From Anaerolineales bacterium (GTDB taxonomy: Bacteria > Chloroflexota > Anaerolineae > Anaerolineales > Villigracilaceae): a stretch of DNA of 64,000 nucleotides. Made by a program: the position numbers and the translations under genes. The stretch covers positions 19,594 through 83,593 of the forward strand of contig DATLZK010000024.1 in the NCBI GenBank assembly GCA_035574015.1, in the 5' to 3' direction. Below the pieces are notes generated by a model, which was given only the letters and a program-made list of their open reading frames with translations, searched no databases and was not told the origin of the DNA. Positions 51,713 to 62,178 of this stretch are shown here, piece after piece (the stretch's first letter is position 1; each line of letters starts with the position of its first letter).

Positions 51713-54700
51713 ATGCTAAAGAATTTCGTCAAACTTCTTGGGGGCGACCCCCATAAAAAAGTCATCGAACAACTTAGCGGCATTGTCGAGCAGATCAATG
51801 CTTTGGAGCCTCAATTCGAGAAATTGAGCGACGAAGCGCTCCGCGCCAAGACCGATGAATTCCGCGCCCGCATCGCCGAGGCGCTGGGGAATTTGGAAGG
51901 GCTTGATGAACGGGAACAGTTCAAGGCTGAGCAAGAAGCGTTGAACGAAATCCTGCCCGAAGCCTTTGCCGCGGTACGTGAAGCCTCCAAACGCACAATA
52001 GGTCTGCGTCACTATGATGTTCAATTGATCGGCGGCATTGTCCTGCATCGCGGCGCTATCGCTGAGATGCGCACTGGCGAAGGAAAGACACTTGTCGCTA
52101 CCCTCCCTATTTACCTCAATGCACTTCTTGGAAAAGGCGTTCATCTGGTGACAGTAAACGATTACCTGGCGCGGCGCGACGCGCGCTGGATGGCACCTAT
52201 CTTTCATATGCTTGGGCTTTCGGTTGGCGTGCTGCAAATGGCGGCGGTGACCGAGAACGGGAAAAAAGCATTCCTTGTTGATTTCACGCGCGAATCCCCA
52301 CACGAAGATCAGCATCACCTTCGCATGGTGGATCGTGCGGAGGCGTACGCGGCGGATGTCACCTATGGGACAAATTCCGAGTTCGGCTTCGACTATCTGC
52401 GCGATAACATGGCCATGCGCCTGAGCGACCGTGTCCAGCGCGGACATTATTACGCCATCGTGGATGAGGTAGACAATGTATTGATTGATGAAGCGCGCAC
52501 GCCCCTGATTATTTCCGGCCCCGCCTCAGGCAACCTCGAATGGTATGCCAAAATGGCGCAGGTAGTACGACAACTCAAACCGGAAGATTATGAAATCAAC
52601 GAAAAGGATCGCGTTGTTTCACTCACAGAAGTCGGCATGGCTCACGTCGAGCAACTCCTGGGCTTCCCGCTGATGGACGCCGACCGCCCTGAAGATGTGA
52701 CACCTGAACAGGCACGCCTGCGCGGCTATCTCGAACAGGCTCTGCGCGCGCAATTCCTTTTCAAGCGCAACAAGGATTATCTCGTGCAGGGTGGCAAGGT
52801 GGTGATCGTGGATGAATTCACCGGGCGCCTCATGCCCGGCCGAAGGTGGAGCGATGGGCTTCATCAGGCAGTGGAGGCAAAAGAGGGCGTAAAGATCGAA
52901 CCGGAAAACATTACCTATGCCACCATCACCCTGCAAAACTATTTCCGCATGTACAAAAAATTGGCGGGCATGACCGGCACCGCCCTCACCGAGGCGGAAG
53001 AGTTCAGCAAAATCTACAACCTCGAAGTCGTCCCCATCCCCCCCCACCTGGAATATCTGGCGTTCGGCAAGAATGCTCAACTTGTTGAAATCAAAACAAA
53101 GGACGAAGACGGCTACCCCTATTCCTATTTTGCGAAGCGCGACGACCCGCAAAAAAAACCGCTCTTCTATCGCCGTAAGGATTATCCTGATGTGATCTAC
53201 CGCACAGTGGAGGCAAAACTGCGCGCTATCGTGATGGAGATTGTGCGCGAACACGCGCGCGGACGCCCCTTGTTAATCGGTACCACATCGGTCGAATCTT
53301 CCGAACGACTTTCGCTTCGCCTCAAGGCGGAGTCTGTGCGCCGTTTAATGCAAATTGCCCTCGTCCGACGCTTTTGGATGCAGGCGAATAACCGCGAAGA
53401 GGATGGGAGGCTGATATCCGAACTGGCGCAATTCAACGAGCCGCTCGAAAAAATCACCCCCGATGCACTTCGCAAATTCATCCAACCTTACGGGATTACC
53501 AATATCAATCCTGAAGATCCAGCCAACCTGTCTATCATCCTCGAACTCCTGCGACTCGATGAGAGTCATGCAGAACGCGTCAAAAAGATCCTTCAGGGCG
53601 GTGTGCCACATCAGGTATTGAACGCGCGTAAACACACTGAAGAATCGCAGATCATCGCAGGCGCCGGCGCGTTCGGCGCAGTGACCATTGCCACCAATAT
53701 GGCCGGGCGTGGCGTGGATATCAAACTCGGCGGTGAACTGGCTGAAGAAGTCATTGCCGCTGTTAATCGCGTGCTCGGCAGAGCCGGCTATAAGGACCCG
53801 TTCGACATGACCCATGAGGAACGCCGCGCCGCCCTGAAAGAAATTGATCCCTCCCTCTATGGCATTTACGCGGCGGAGGTCAAACTCTTCCTGCAATACT
53901 TCGAAGACATGGAGCGCGTGAAGGAACTTGGCGGTTTGCACGTCATCGGTACTGAACGACACGAGGCGCGTCGCATTGATAATCAACTGCGCGGGCGCGC
54001 CGCGCGTCAGGGCGACCCTGGCTCCTCGCGCTTCTATCTTTCTCTCGAAGATGACCTGTTGCGGCTGTTCGGCGGTGACCGCATCAAAAACCTGATGCAA
54101 ACCATCAAGGTAGATGACTCGCTTCCACTGGAAATGCGGCTTGTTGGCAGCATCATCGAAAGTTCCCAACACCGCGTTGAAGGCGCAAACTTTGACGTTC
54201 GCAAGCATCTGCTCGAATATGACGATGTGCTGAACAAACAGCGCATGCAAATTTATGCCCAGCGCGATCGCATCTTCCTCAAGGAGGATTTGAGCGACGA
54301 CATCGCGGAAATGTTGGAAACCGAAGTGAAACAGCGCGTACAAGCGGGACTGGCAGATGAAGAAGGTCCCTGGAAGTTGATTGCCTGGCTCGAACAAATT
54401 CAGCCGCCGTTCATGTCGGGGGAACGCATCTTCCCCAGTTTTGGCATGTCTCTTCTGCTAAAGGAGTTATCCCATTCCAACAACCTTCGCCAGGCTGTGT
54501 TCGATCTGATTGCCCGTGCCATCGAAATGGAGAACGCACATCATTTGCGCGCCATCGAGGCATTTCTCGAACACACCACGGAAAGTTTGCACGCGCAACT
54601 CTCTGCGCGGGAAGACACGCTGGACGCTTACTTTGACGGTCTGCGCGACCGGGAAGGAGCGGAACGCCCGCGGCCCCAAAAGATGTTGGAGGAAATCAAC

Positions 54701-55732
54701 GCCCTGATTGGCATGCAACTGCGCCTCAACAACGAACAACTGCGCATGCTCGGCGAAAACCCGATAGAAGTCAAAGATGACATCAAACAACATGTCACCA
54801 CACAATTTGCTACCCTGTATAGCCTGCGTGCTGTCAATGCCATTTCGCAGCGGATTGGGGAATCGCTAGGGGAACGCTTTGAAATTTCGGGGTGGGAAGA
54901 TGCGGCAGAGAAATTGCTCGAAGCCGCGCGCCAGGCACTTGAGCGCCGCCGTGAAAGGTTAATCGGTACGAATGGACAGATCGCGCGCGACCTCGAAACC
55001 CTCATCCCTCCTGATGCCTCACAGACCTGGAACGATACAGACAAACTCAAATTACTCATCAACATTTCCCAAGGCACGCGCACTTCCTTCGATCAGAGAA
55101 CACATAAGCAAGTTAAGCAGATTTTCAATCGCTTTCAATACACCTTCCTGATGGCGCGATTGCTCGAAGGACGCGAAGCCGACGCGTTGACCGAAGAAGT
55201 GCTGGCGCATCTCGAGGAAGCCGAAGAGGCGTTGCGTTTTGCGGTTGGACAGATGGAATACACTCGGCTTGCCGCCAATGCAACGCACCTGGCAGATTTC
55301 GGTGTGGCAGCGAAGATGGCTTTCGGGGAGGAGCGGCTGAATGAAACGGTAGCCAGCCTCGGGGAGTCCGATCGGGAGGCGTTGATCGAGGCGCTGGGCA
55401 AATTTGTGTTGAACGAGACACGCCGACAACTCCTCCTCGGCGCGACCACCGAGTTATGGGTGGATTACCTGACGCGTATCGAAGCCTTGCGCGTTTCCAT
55501 TGGCCTTGAGGCCTACGCCCAACGCGACCCGCTGGTACAATATAAATCCAGAGCCTCTGAAATGTTTGCACAGTTGATGGAAGATATTCGCGGACTGGTG
55601 ATCAACCGCTTGTTCGTGGCGCAACGCAGAGCGGTAGCAATTACCCCTGTAGAAACAACAGAGGCATCCCCTCCTTTACCGCAAAGCACGGTTACAGAAG
55701 GCGGTAAAAAGAGGAAAAGACGACGGCATTGA
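51713..55732 (+). CDS. secA: Preprotein translocase ATPase SecA, unusually long (1339 aa)
   Basis: 'MRTGEGKTLVATLP' Walker A, 'DEVDNVLIDEARTPLIISG', 'TNMAGRGVDIKLGG', 'GTERHEARRIDNQLRGRAARQGDPGSSRFYLSLEDDL' and 'AYAQRDPLVQYK'. Confidence 0.95.
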   Translation: MLKNFVKLLGGDPHKKVIEQLSGIVEQINALEPQFEKLSDEALRAKTDEFRARIAEALGNLEGLDEREQFKAEQEALNEILPEAFAAVREASKRTIGLRHYDVQLIGGIVLHRGAIAEMRTGEGKTLVATLPIYLNALLGKGVHLVTVNDYLARRDARWMAPIFHMLGLSVGVLQMAAVTENGKKAFLVDFTRESPHEDQHHLRMVDRAEAYAADVTYGTNSEFGFDYLRDNMAMRLSDRVQRGHYYAIVDEVDNVLIDEARTPLIISGPASGNLEWYAKMAQVVRQLKPEDYEINEKDRVVSLTEVGMAHVEQLLGFPLMDADRPEDVTPEQARLRGYLEQALRAQFLFKRNKDYLVQGGKVVIVDEFTGRLMPGRRWSDGLHQAVEAKEGVKIEPENITYATITLQNYFRMYKKLAGMTGTALTEAEEFSKIYNLEVVPIPPHLEYLAFGKNAQLVEIKTKDEDGYPYSYFAKRDDPQKKPLFYRRKDYPDVIYRTVEAKLRAIVMEIVREHARGRPLLIGTTSVESSERLSLRLKAESVRRLMQIALVRRFWMQANNREEDGRLISELAQFNEPLEKITPDALRKFIQPYGITNINPEDPANLSIILELLRLDESHAERVKKILQGGVPHQVLNARKHTEESQIIAGAGAFGAVTIATNMAGRGVDIKLGGELAEEVIAAVNRVLGRAGYKDPFDMTHEERRAALKEIDPSLYGIYAAEVKLFLQYFEDMERVKELGGLHVIGTERHEARRIDNQLRGRAARQGDPGSSRFYLSLEDDLLRLFGGDRIKNLMQTIKVDDSLPLEMRLVGSIIESSQHRVEGANFDVRKHLLEYDDVLNKQRMQIYAQRDRIFLKEDLSDDIAEMLETEVKQRVQAGLADEEGPWKLIAWLEQIQPPFMSGERIFPSFGMSLLLKELSHSNNLRQAVFDLIARAIEMENAHHLRAIEAFLEHTTESLHAQLSAREDTLDAYFDGLRDREGAERPRPQKMLEEINALIGMQLRLNNEQLRMLGENPIEVKDDIKQHVTTQFATLYSLRAVNAISQRIGESLGERFEISGWEDAAEKLLEAARQALERRRERLIGTNGQIARDLETLIPPDASQTWNDTDKLKLLINISQGTRTSFDQRTHKQVKQIFNRFQYTFLMARLLEGREADALTEEVLAHLEEAEEALRFAVGQMEYTRLAANATHLADFGVAAKMAFGEERLNETVASLGESDREALIEALGKFVLNETRRQLLLGATTELWVDYLTRIEALRVSIGLEAYAQRDPLVQYKSRASEMFAQLMEDIRGLVINRLFVAQRRAVAITPVETTEASPPLPQSTVTEGGKKRKRRRH

Positions 55733-55747
55733 GCCATCCGTAGAAGT

Positions 55748-56788
55748 ATGATGGAACGAATCACTGCATCCCTGAACAAATACCGCGCCCTACCCAAGGT
55801 GGAGTTGCATCGTCATCTGGAAGGCTCATTGCGTCTCGAAACGATGCTCGATATTGCCCGTCAACATGGCATCACCATTCCAGCGGACGTGTTGCGCTTG
55901 AGCACACTAGTACAGGTGCAGGAGCAAGAGAAATATACCTTCCAGAATTTTCTTGCCAAGTTCAACACGCTGCGCCTGTTCTATCGTTCACCAGATGTCA
56001 TTCACCGCATCACACGTGAAGCGGTGGAGGACGCGGCGAAAGACAACATTAGATATCTGGAACTGCGTTTCACACCTGTTGCGTTGAGCCGCGCGGAGCG
56101 ATTTCCTCTTCATGATGTGATTGACTGGGTGATTACCAGCGCGAAAGAAGCCGCCCAAAAATATAATGTAATCGTGCGCCTGATCGCCTCGGTGAATCGG
56201 CATGAAAGCGCCGATCTCGCGGAACAGGTGGCATGGCTGGCGGCAGAACACTTAAACGATGGGCTGGTCGCGCTCGATCTGGCAGGCAATGAGGCGGAAT
56301 TTCCCTCCCGCCCGTTCTATGGCATCTTCAAGGAAGCCAAGCAGGCCGGTATGCATATTACCATCCATGCCGGGGAATGGGGCCCCGCCGAACACGTCCG
56401 CGAAGCAATCGAGGAAATCGGCGCGGAGCGCATTGGCCATGGTGTGCGCGTCCTGGAGGATGAAAACATAACTGCTTTAGCAAAAGAACGCGGCATCGCC
56501 TTCGAGGTATGCATCACCAGCAATTATCAATCCGGCGTGATCGAATCGCTGGAAACGCACCCCCTGATGGAGATGCTCGACAAAGGTATTAACGTCACCA
56601 TCAATACTGATGACCCAAGCATTTCGCGCATCACGCTGAGCCACGAATACTATACGGCTTGCGAGGAATTGCATATGCCGCTCAGCACACTCAAGCAACG
56701 CATCCTTGCCGCCGCGCAGGCTGGCTTTCTGCCGCCAAACGAAAAAGAGAAAATAGTCAGGCAACTCGAACAGGAACTGAACTTGTAA
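55748..56788 (+). CDS. add: Adenosine deaminase
   Basis: '[11 protein letters not shown]', 'ITIHAGE' and 'VTINTDDP'. Confidence 0.9.
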   Translation: MMERITASLNKYRALPKVELHRHLEGSLRLETMLDIARQHGITIPADVLRLSTLVQVQEQEKYTFQNFLAKFNTLRLFYRSPDVIHRITREAVEDAAKDNIRYLELRFTPVALSRAERFPLHDVIDWVITSAKEAAQKYNVIVRLIASVNRHESADLAEQVAWLAAEHLNDGLVALDLAGNEAEFPSRPFYGIFKEAKQAGMHITIHAGEWGPAEHVREAIEEIGAERIGHGVRVLEDENITALAKERGIAFEVCITSNYQSGVIESLETHPLMEMLDKGINVTINTDDPSISRITLSHEYYTACEELHMPLSTLKQRILAAAQAGFLPPNEKEKIVRQLEQELNL

Positions 56789-56910
56789 ACACCACCACAA
56801 CGGTTATAAGGGTATCAAAGGCGCTCCTTTGTATTCTTGGTAAGTTTGTGGTGTTTCCTCATCGCCCTTTCATGGTGCGAGGAGAAAATCACATACCAAA
56901 GGAGACACTC

Positions 56911-59604
56911 ATGAAGGATTACTTTAACGCACGGGATGTTTTGAAGGTGGGGGATAGAGAATATCTCTACTACCGACTCGACGCCCTGGAAAAAGCGGGT
57001 CTGACTCAACTCAAGCGACTTCCGTTTTCGATCCGCATCATGCTCGAAGCCGCGCTCCGTCAATGCAATGAGCGGGAAATCACCCAACAGGACGTAAAGA
57101 ATATTGCCGCGTGGAGGCCACAAGGCAACCGCCCCGGCATCCCCTTTTTACCTGCTCGCGTCGTCATGCAGGACTTCACAGGTGTCCCCGCCGTGGTGGA
57201 CCTTGCGGCTATGCGTGCGGCGGTGGCACGTCTCGGCGGCGACCCGAAGCGCATCAACCCGCTCGTGCCGGTGGACCTCGTCATTGATCATTCTGTGCAG
57301 GTAGACTTCTTTGCCACACCCGACGCGCTCAAACGCAATACCGAAATGGAATTCCAACGCAACCGTGAACGCTATGAATTCCTCAAATGGGGGCAAAAAG
57401 CGTTCCGCAATTTCCGCGTCGTCCCGCCGATGACGGGCATCGTGCATCAGGTTAACCTGGAATATCTGGCTGAAGTCGTGATGACCAAATCTGAAGAAGG
57501 GGAGGTCCTGGCGTTTCCCGACACATTGGTCGGAACCGACTCGCATACTACCATGATCAACGGCCTGGGTGTAGTCGGCTGGGGTGTAGGCGGTATTGAA
57601 GCCGAGGCGGTCATGTTAGGTCAGCCGATGGATATGCTCTTGCCCGATGTGATTGGATTCAAGTTATATGGCAAACTGCGCGACGGCGTCACCGCGACAG
57701 ACCTTGTCCTGACCGTAACACAAATGCTTCGCAAGAAGGGCGTTGTGGATAAGTTCGTGGAGTTCTACGGTGAAGGGCTTGACTCGATGTCGTTGCCCGA
57801 TCGCGCCACCATTGGCAACATGGCTCCCGAATATGGCGCAACCATCGGCTATTTCCCGGTGGATGCCGAGACGATTCGCTACCTTGAATTGACCGGTCGT
57901 CCAAAGGAAGTGATCGAACGCGTTGATGCGTACATGCGCGCCCAGGGACTCTTCCGCGATGCCTCTACGCCCGACCCCGAATTCACCGACACGCTCGAAC
58001 TGGACCTTGCGTCTGTTGAGCCCTCTCTTGCAGGTCCCAAGCGTCCACAAGATCGCGTGCCGATGGCTCAACTGAAGGAAACTTTCCGAAAAGCCCTTAC
58101 TGCCCCCGTCAAAGAACGCGGCTTCGAACTCAAGCCGGAAGCCCTTGAGGCAGAAGCAACCTTTAGCACGAACGGTAGTTCGATAAAGATGAGGCATGGA
58201 GCAGTTGTCATTGCGGCGATTACCTCCTGCACAAACACCTCGAATCCCTCTGTGATGATCGGCGCAGGGCTGCTTGCCAAGAAAGCCATCGAAAAAGGGT
58301 TGAGCGTCAAACCCTATGTCAAAACCAGCCTCGCGCCTGGTTCGCGCGTCGTGACCGAATACCTCAAGCGGGCAAATCTGCTTGAGCCGCTTGCACAACT
58401 TGGATTCAACGTCGTCGCCTACGGATGTACCACCTGTATTGGAAACTCGGGTCCGTTGCCGGGCGAGGTGGCGAAGGCAGTGACGGGTAGCGATCTGGTC
58501 GCCGCGGCAGTGCTTTCGGGCAACCGCAACTTCGAGGGCAGGATCCATCCGCTGGTCAAGGCAAACTTTCTCGCCTCTCCTCCACTTGTCATCGCCTATG
58601 CCCTGGCTGGAACGGTTGACATTGATCTCGATAAAGAACCGCTTGGCATTGGCAAGGATGGACCTGTTTATTTGCGAGACATCTGGCCTACCCAACAGGA
58701 AATTGCAGAAGCCATCGCATCGAGTTTGAACGTAGATATGTTCAAAGAACGATATGCAAGCGTCTTTGAAGGTTCAGAGATGTGGCAGGAGATTAAAGTC
58801 TCAGGCGGTGACCTCTACGAATGGGACGAGTCTTCGACGTACATCCATCATCCGCCCTACTTCCAGACCTTGACGCTCGACATTCCTCCTCTGAAGGATA
58901 TCAAAGGCGCGCGCGTCCTGGGTCTCTTCGGCGATTCGATCACCACCGATCACATCTCACCCGCCGGCAGCATCGCGCCAGACTCACCCGCCGGAAAATA
59001 CCTGCAAAGTTTAGGTATCCAACCCAAGGATTTCAATTCCTACGGTTCACGTCGCGGTAACGACCTCGTGATGGTGCGCGGCACATTTGCCAACATCCGC
59101 CTGAAGAATCTTCTGGTTGCGCCGAGGGAAGGAAACTGGACAAAGCACTTCCCCGATGGAGAGGAAATGAGTTTTTATGACGCGGCAATGAAGTATCAAA
59201 GCGAGGGCGTACCGGTGATCATCATGGCCGGCAAGGAATATGGAACTGGCTCCAGCCGCGATTGGGCAGCAAAGGGTCCCCTCCTTCAAGGTGTGAAAGC
59301 CGTGATAGCCGAATCCTTCGAGCGCATCCATCGTTCGAATCTCGTCGGCATGGGCATCCTGCCGCTAAAATTCATGGACGGCGAGAATGCCGAGTCATTG
59401 GGTTTGAAAGGCAATGAAGTCTTCGATATCGAAGGCTTAAGCGATGACATGAGACCAAAGTCAATCCTGAACGTGAAAGCCACAAGGCCGGATGGTTCCG
59501 TCGTCGAATTCAAGGTCACTGCCCTGCTCAATACCGAAGTGGAAGTCAATTACTACCGCAATGGAGGCATCTTGCATACGGTGTTGAGGAATTTGGTGAG
59601 ATAA
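56911..59604 (+). CDS. acnA: Aconitate hydratase A
   Basis: '[27 protein letters not shown]', '[13 protein letters not shown]', '[14 protein letters not shown]' and '[10 protein letters not shown]'. The ATG at 56911 is preceded by AAGGAG; the track ORF from 56659 overlaps add. Confidence 0.95.
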   Translation: MKDYFNARDVLKVGDREYLYYRLDALEKAGLTQLKRLPFSIRIMLEAALRQCNEREITQQDVKNIAAWRPQGNRPGIPFLPARVVMQDFTGVPAVVDLAAMRAAVARLGGDPKRINPLVPVDLVIDHSVQVDFFATPDALKRNTEMEFQRNRERYEFLKWGQKAFRNFRVVPPMTGIVHQVNLEYLAEVVMTKSEEGEVLAFPDTLVGTDSHTTMINGLGVVGWGVGGIEAEAVMLGQPMDMLLPDVIGFKLYGKLRDGVTATDLVLTVTQMLRKKGVVDKFVEFYGEGLDSMSLPDRATIGNMAPEYGATIGYFPVDAETIRYLELTGRPKEVIERVDAYMRAQGLFRDASTPDPEFTDTLELDLASVEPSLAGPKRPQDRVPMAQLKETFRKALTAPVKERGFELKPEALEAEATFSTNGSSIKMRHGAVVIAAITSCTNTSNPSVMIGAGLLAKKAIEKGLSVKPYVKTSLAPGSRVVTEYLKRANLLEPLAQLGFNVVAYGCTTCIGNSGPLPGEVAKAVTGSDLVAAAVLSGNRNFEGRIHPLVKANFLASPPLVIAYALAGTVDIDLDKEPLGIGKDGPVYLRDIWPTQQEIAEAIASSLNVDMFKERYASVFEGSEMWQEIKVSGGDLYEWDESSTYIHHPPYFQTLTLDIPPLKDIKGARVLGLFGDSITTDHISPAGSIAPDSPAGKYLQSLGIQPKDFNSYGSRRGNDLVMVRGTFANIRLKNLLVAPREGNWTKHFPDGEEMSFYDAAMKYQSEGVPVIIMAGKEYGTGSSRDWAAKGPLLQGVKAVIAESFERIHRSNLVGMGILPLKFMDGENAESLGLKGNEVFDIEGLSDDMRPKSILNVKATRPDGSVVEFKVTALLNTEVEVNYYRNGGILHTVLRNLVR

Positions 59605-59614
59605 CTGCATCCAG

Positions 59615-59661
59615 CCCCCAAGTTTGTTGATGTATGGAAATTTCATTTACAAACTTGGGGG
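59615..59661 (+). terminator. Hairpin after acnA
   Basis: CCCCCAAGTTTGT-N21-ACAAACTTGGGGG, a 13-bp stem 10 nt after the stop. Confidence 0.6.
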
Positions 59662-59778
59662 CATCTATTTAATCCCTGAGAAAAAAGATTTTTACCACGA
59701 AGCCCGCAAAGAAGGCGAAGAAAATATAAACAACGTCTGTTTGGAGTATTACACACTTCTGGAAAACTCGCCTGACCG

Positions 59779-59853
59779 TCCTCACCGCTCCGACCGGCTC
59801 AGCGCGGTGTCACAATCCTCTCTCGCAGAGGGGTGATGGGGAAAGCGAACGGG
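59779..59853 (+). repeat. Degenerate solo hairpin module of the family A/B repeats
   Basis: 'CCTCACCGCTCC...TCCTCTCTCGCAGAGGGGTGATGGGGAAAGCGAACGGG' resembles the A1 hairpin and its 3' flank. Confidence 0.55.
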
Positions 59854-60014
59854 AAATGCGATATGCTGAAATGCTTTGATCGCTAACTCAAATTCACGTT
59901 AAAACACTTGTTCGCTTTTAAAAAATCCGCGTTTCCCATCTTCTATTCCAAAGGACAACGTTAGCGAATGACTTCTATGCTCGATTCAACGATTTTCAAA
60001 ACGCGTCTCAAGAT

Positions 60015-61634
60015 TCAGGCAAGATCGGTTTTCAAATCGGTCAATCTCCTTTCAATCGAAGCCAGTCGTTCCAAGATGTTCAGCCCGGTGTTCTCACGAA
60101 GTTTGGCGATATAAAGCACTTTGCCCGCTTCCGCTCCGAATTTTTGCAAGCTCTTGATGACCGAGGAGGAATAACCAACCCCATTCTCCCTCCTGCCGAG
60201 CGCCACCACACCGAGAAATTCGTGTTTCGCTGCACGCCTTAACATCAGTGGAAGGTAAAGCGAAACTTGCGAAGCATCTGCCGGGACCACGACATCCCCC
60301 TTTTCCAACGCCCTGCGTTCCGCTTCAGGCAGGGACAGCACATGCGCGGGGGGTTCTGACTGCGCAGGTTCACTAAGGAGCAAATGTCCTTCTCCGCCTC
60401 TTAGATAAATCTCCACGCCGGAGACATTCAATTGCTCCTTTACCTGCCTTGAAAGAATCTTCAAGATGTCGCCCGAAGAAAGCATTAACTGTGCTTCGGG
60501 CGAAAATTCCACCATTGTGCCACTGAAGTCTATTTCCTCCGGTTTAAAATGACGATCCACAAAATTCTGCAAGGCATCGCGTACGGGAACGAATAGAATC
60601 ACCAATGGCAGAATCACAAATAAGGCTAGCACCGGCGAACTTTCATCCAAAAACAATTTGGCATAATAATCAAAGAGCACTGCGCCCGCGATGCCCAATG
60701 AACCTAAAATGGTAGTCAGCGCGCTGTACACCAATGCCTTGTTGACGACAATATCCATATCCCATAACCGATAACGGAAGATGGAAATCACAAAAGCCCC
60801 AATGAAGCCGTACGTAAAGATCAACAGAAACAGGAAAAGTGTGATGCGCAATGCTGACTCGGCTTCTAACTGGAAGACGATATCCCCAATGTTGAACGCC
60901 ACGTAGAAAAAGGTCATCCCTACGAGCATGAACGTGACCCATTTGATCTGCTGACGATGCAGCGCGTCACGTGTAGTGATCAGGCGATAGATTTGCACAA
61001 ATGCCCCCAACACCAGAACCCCGAGTCGGAATAACTCAGGAAGGATAACGAAGAAAAGTTCGAAGAACGCGTTGGACCCCAAAAAGTTCTCAAACATAGT
61101 TCCCATCAGTGCTAGGACGAAGACCGCGCACAGATAAACGGGGGTCAAGAGCGTCCAGATGACAGCAAGAATGAAGAACACGCGCGTCCATCTGGGCGTC
61201 CATTTGCCATCCGGGAAGGTCAATAGTACACAGAGAATCAAAATCGAAAGCAGCAGCGTGTAGGGCAAAGAGAGGAAATAAGCAAGGAGCATATTCAAAT
61301 CCTCTCCCCCGATACCGGTGGCCACCCAGAACTCATAACCCGCACCAGTGCTGGTCCACGTCACAAGCATCAACGAGACGACAATCGCCAGCCAGTCGCG
61401 CGGCTTGCGCCAGAAGATCCCAATCGCCGCAATCACACCCACAACGAACGAACCGAAATTGATATATCCATATACCCATTTGGAGATATCCTTTTCATAC
61501 TCTGAAAGGGTGGTTTGCGTAGCAATCACACTGAAAACGATTGAAGGAACGACAACAGCCAGCCAGCCCATCCTGATCAAAATATCCTTCAGGGCAGGCA
61601 TTCTCAAACCAGATCGAATAACATTGAGAAGCAT
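60015..61634 (-). CDS. Multi-pass membrane sensor-like protein with a C-terminal GAF-like domain and no recognisable output domain
   Basis: About 10 TM segments end in 'FRYRLWDMDIVVNKALVYSALT', a junction motif I associate with Chloroflexi/Actinobacteria sensor kinases. The C-terminal ~170 aa is soluble and GAF-like. GAGGAGG sits upstream of the ATG at 61634. Confidence 0.65.
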   Translation of the reverse strand: MLLNVIRSGLRMPALKDILIRMGWLAVVVPSIVFSVIATQTTLSEYEKDISKWVYGYINFGSFVVGVIAAIGIFWRKPRDWLAIVVSLMLVTWTSTGAGYEFWVATGIGGEDLNMLLAYFLSLPYTLLLSILILCVLLTFPDGKWTPRWTRVFFILAVIWTLLTPVYLCAVFVLALMGTMFENFLGSNAFFELFFVILPELFRLGVLVLGAFVQIYRLITTRDALHRQQIKWVTFMLVGMTFFYVAFNIGDIVFQLEAESALRITLFLFLLIFTYGFIGAFVISIFRYRLWDMDIVVNKALVYSALTTILGSLGIAGAVLFDYYAKLFLDESSPVLALFVILPLVILFVPVRDALQNFVDRHFKPEEIDFSGTMVEFSPEAQLMLSSGDILKILSRQVKEQLNVSGVEIYLRGGEGHLLLSEPAQSEPPAHVLSLPEAERRALEKGDVVVPADASQVSLYLPLMLRRAAKHEFLGVVALGRRENGVGYSSSVIKSLQKFGAEAGKVLYIAKLRENTGLNILERLASIERRLTDLKTDLA

Positions 61635-61704
61635 CTCTCCTCCTCAGCCGATTTTCGGCTTGGAATATGTTCGCGCTCACCCCCGCGCTTTAGAAAACAG
61701 GAAA

Positions 61705-62157
61705 TCAAGCACTCAGCAATTCTAACAGCCCGCTCGGATATAAAATGGACTTTCCTTCCCTGAACTCATTGAGACTCTTCCACATCACGTGGAAGCCCTC
61801 GCCGTTCGATTCTTTTCCAAGGATTACGGCCTGATCATACAACCCGTAAGGAATCAACTCCCCCTCATATACTAGCACGATCTCATGGCCTATCTTTCCG
61901 TTAAAGACGAAGATATTCTCCAGCACACCGAGATAATGGAGCGCGCTAACATCGGCATTGATCTCCTCCCTCATTTCCCGACGAAGCGCATCCTCGCTTC
62001 TCTCGCCGAACTCAATGCCGCCTCCAAGTGGACGATAAAAGGTCTCGCCTTTGACGGAATCATATCCCTCTGCGACAAGGAGGCGACCGTTTTTTCGAAA
62101 CAAACAAATGGCTATAGGGCGGATTTGTTTTTTTTCATGCTCTTCAAAAAAGTGCAT
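61705..62157 (-). CDS. NUDIX hydrolase
   Basis: Nudix box 'GGGIEFGERSEDALRREMREEINA'. Confidence 0.9.
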   Translation of the reverse strand: MHFFEEHEKKQIRPIAICLFRKNGRLLVAEGYDSVKGETFYRPLGGGIEFGERSEDALRREMREEINADVSALHYLGVLENIFVFNGKIGHEIVLVYEGELIPYGLYDQAVILGKESNGEGFHVMWKSLNEFREGKSILYPSGLLELLSA

Positions 62158-62178
62158 GATTTACCCTGTGCTACGGAA

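Noticed and set aside
53345-54397. 350-aa minus-strand ORF inside secA (also 51716..52447 and 52619..53254)
   Set aside because: It is antisense to a strongly supported SecA frame and contains no recognisable motifs. Long antisense ORFs are expected in GC-rich coding DNA.
53320-55450. Intein or mobile insertion as the cause of the SecA length
   Set aside because: The inserted segments lack intein block motifs (an N-terminal Cys/Ser with a C-terminal His-Asn followed by Cys/Ser/Thr). They are spread over four sites and are helical and charged in character, consistent with lineage-specific domain expansions.
57664-58695. 343-aa minus-strand ORF inside acnA
   Set aside because: It is antisense to the aconitase frame, which carries all Fe-S ligand motifs. 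It is a shadow ORF.
1413-59853. Possibility that the recurring 'CTCTCCC...GGGAGAG' repeats represent a CRISPR array
   Set aside because: The copies are dispersed over 58 kb in separate intergenic regions, are not regularly spaced with unique spacers, and are palindromic hairpins of variable sequence. No cas genes are present.
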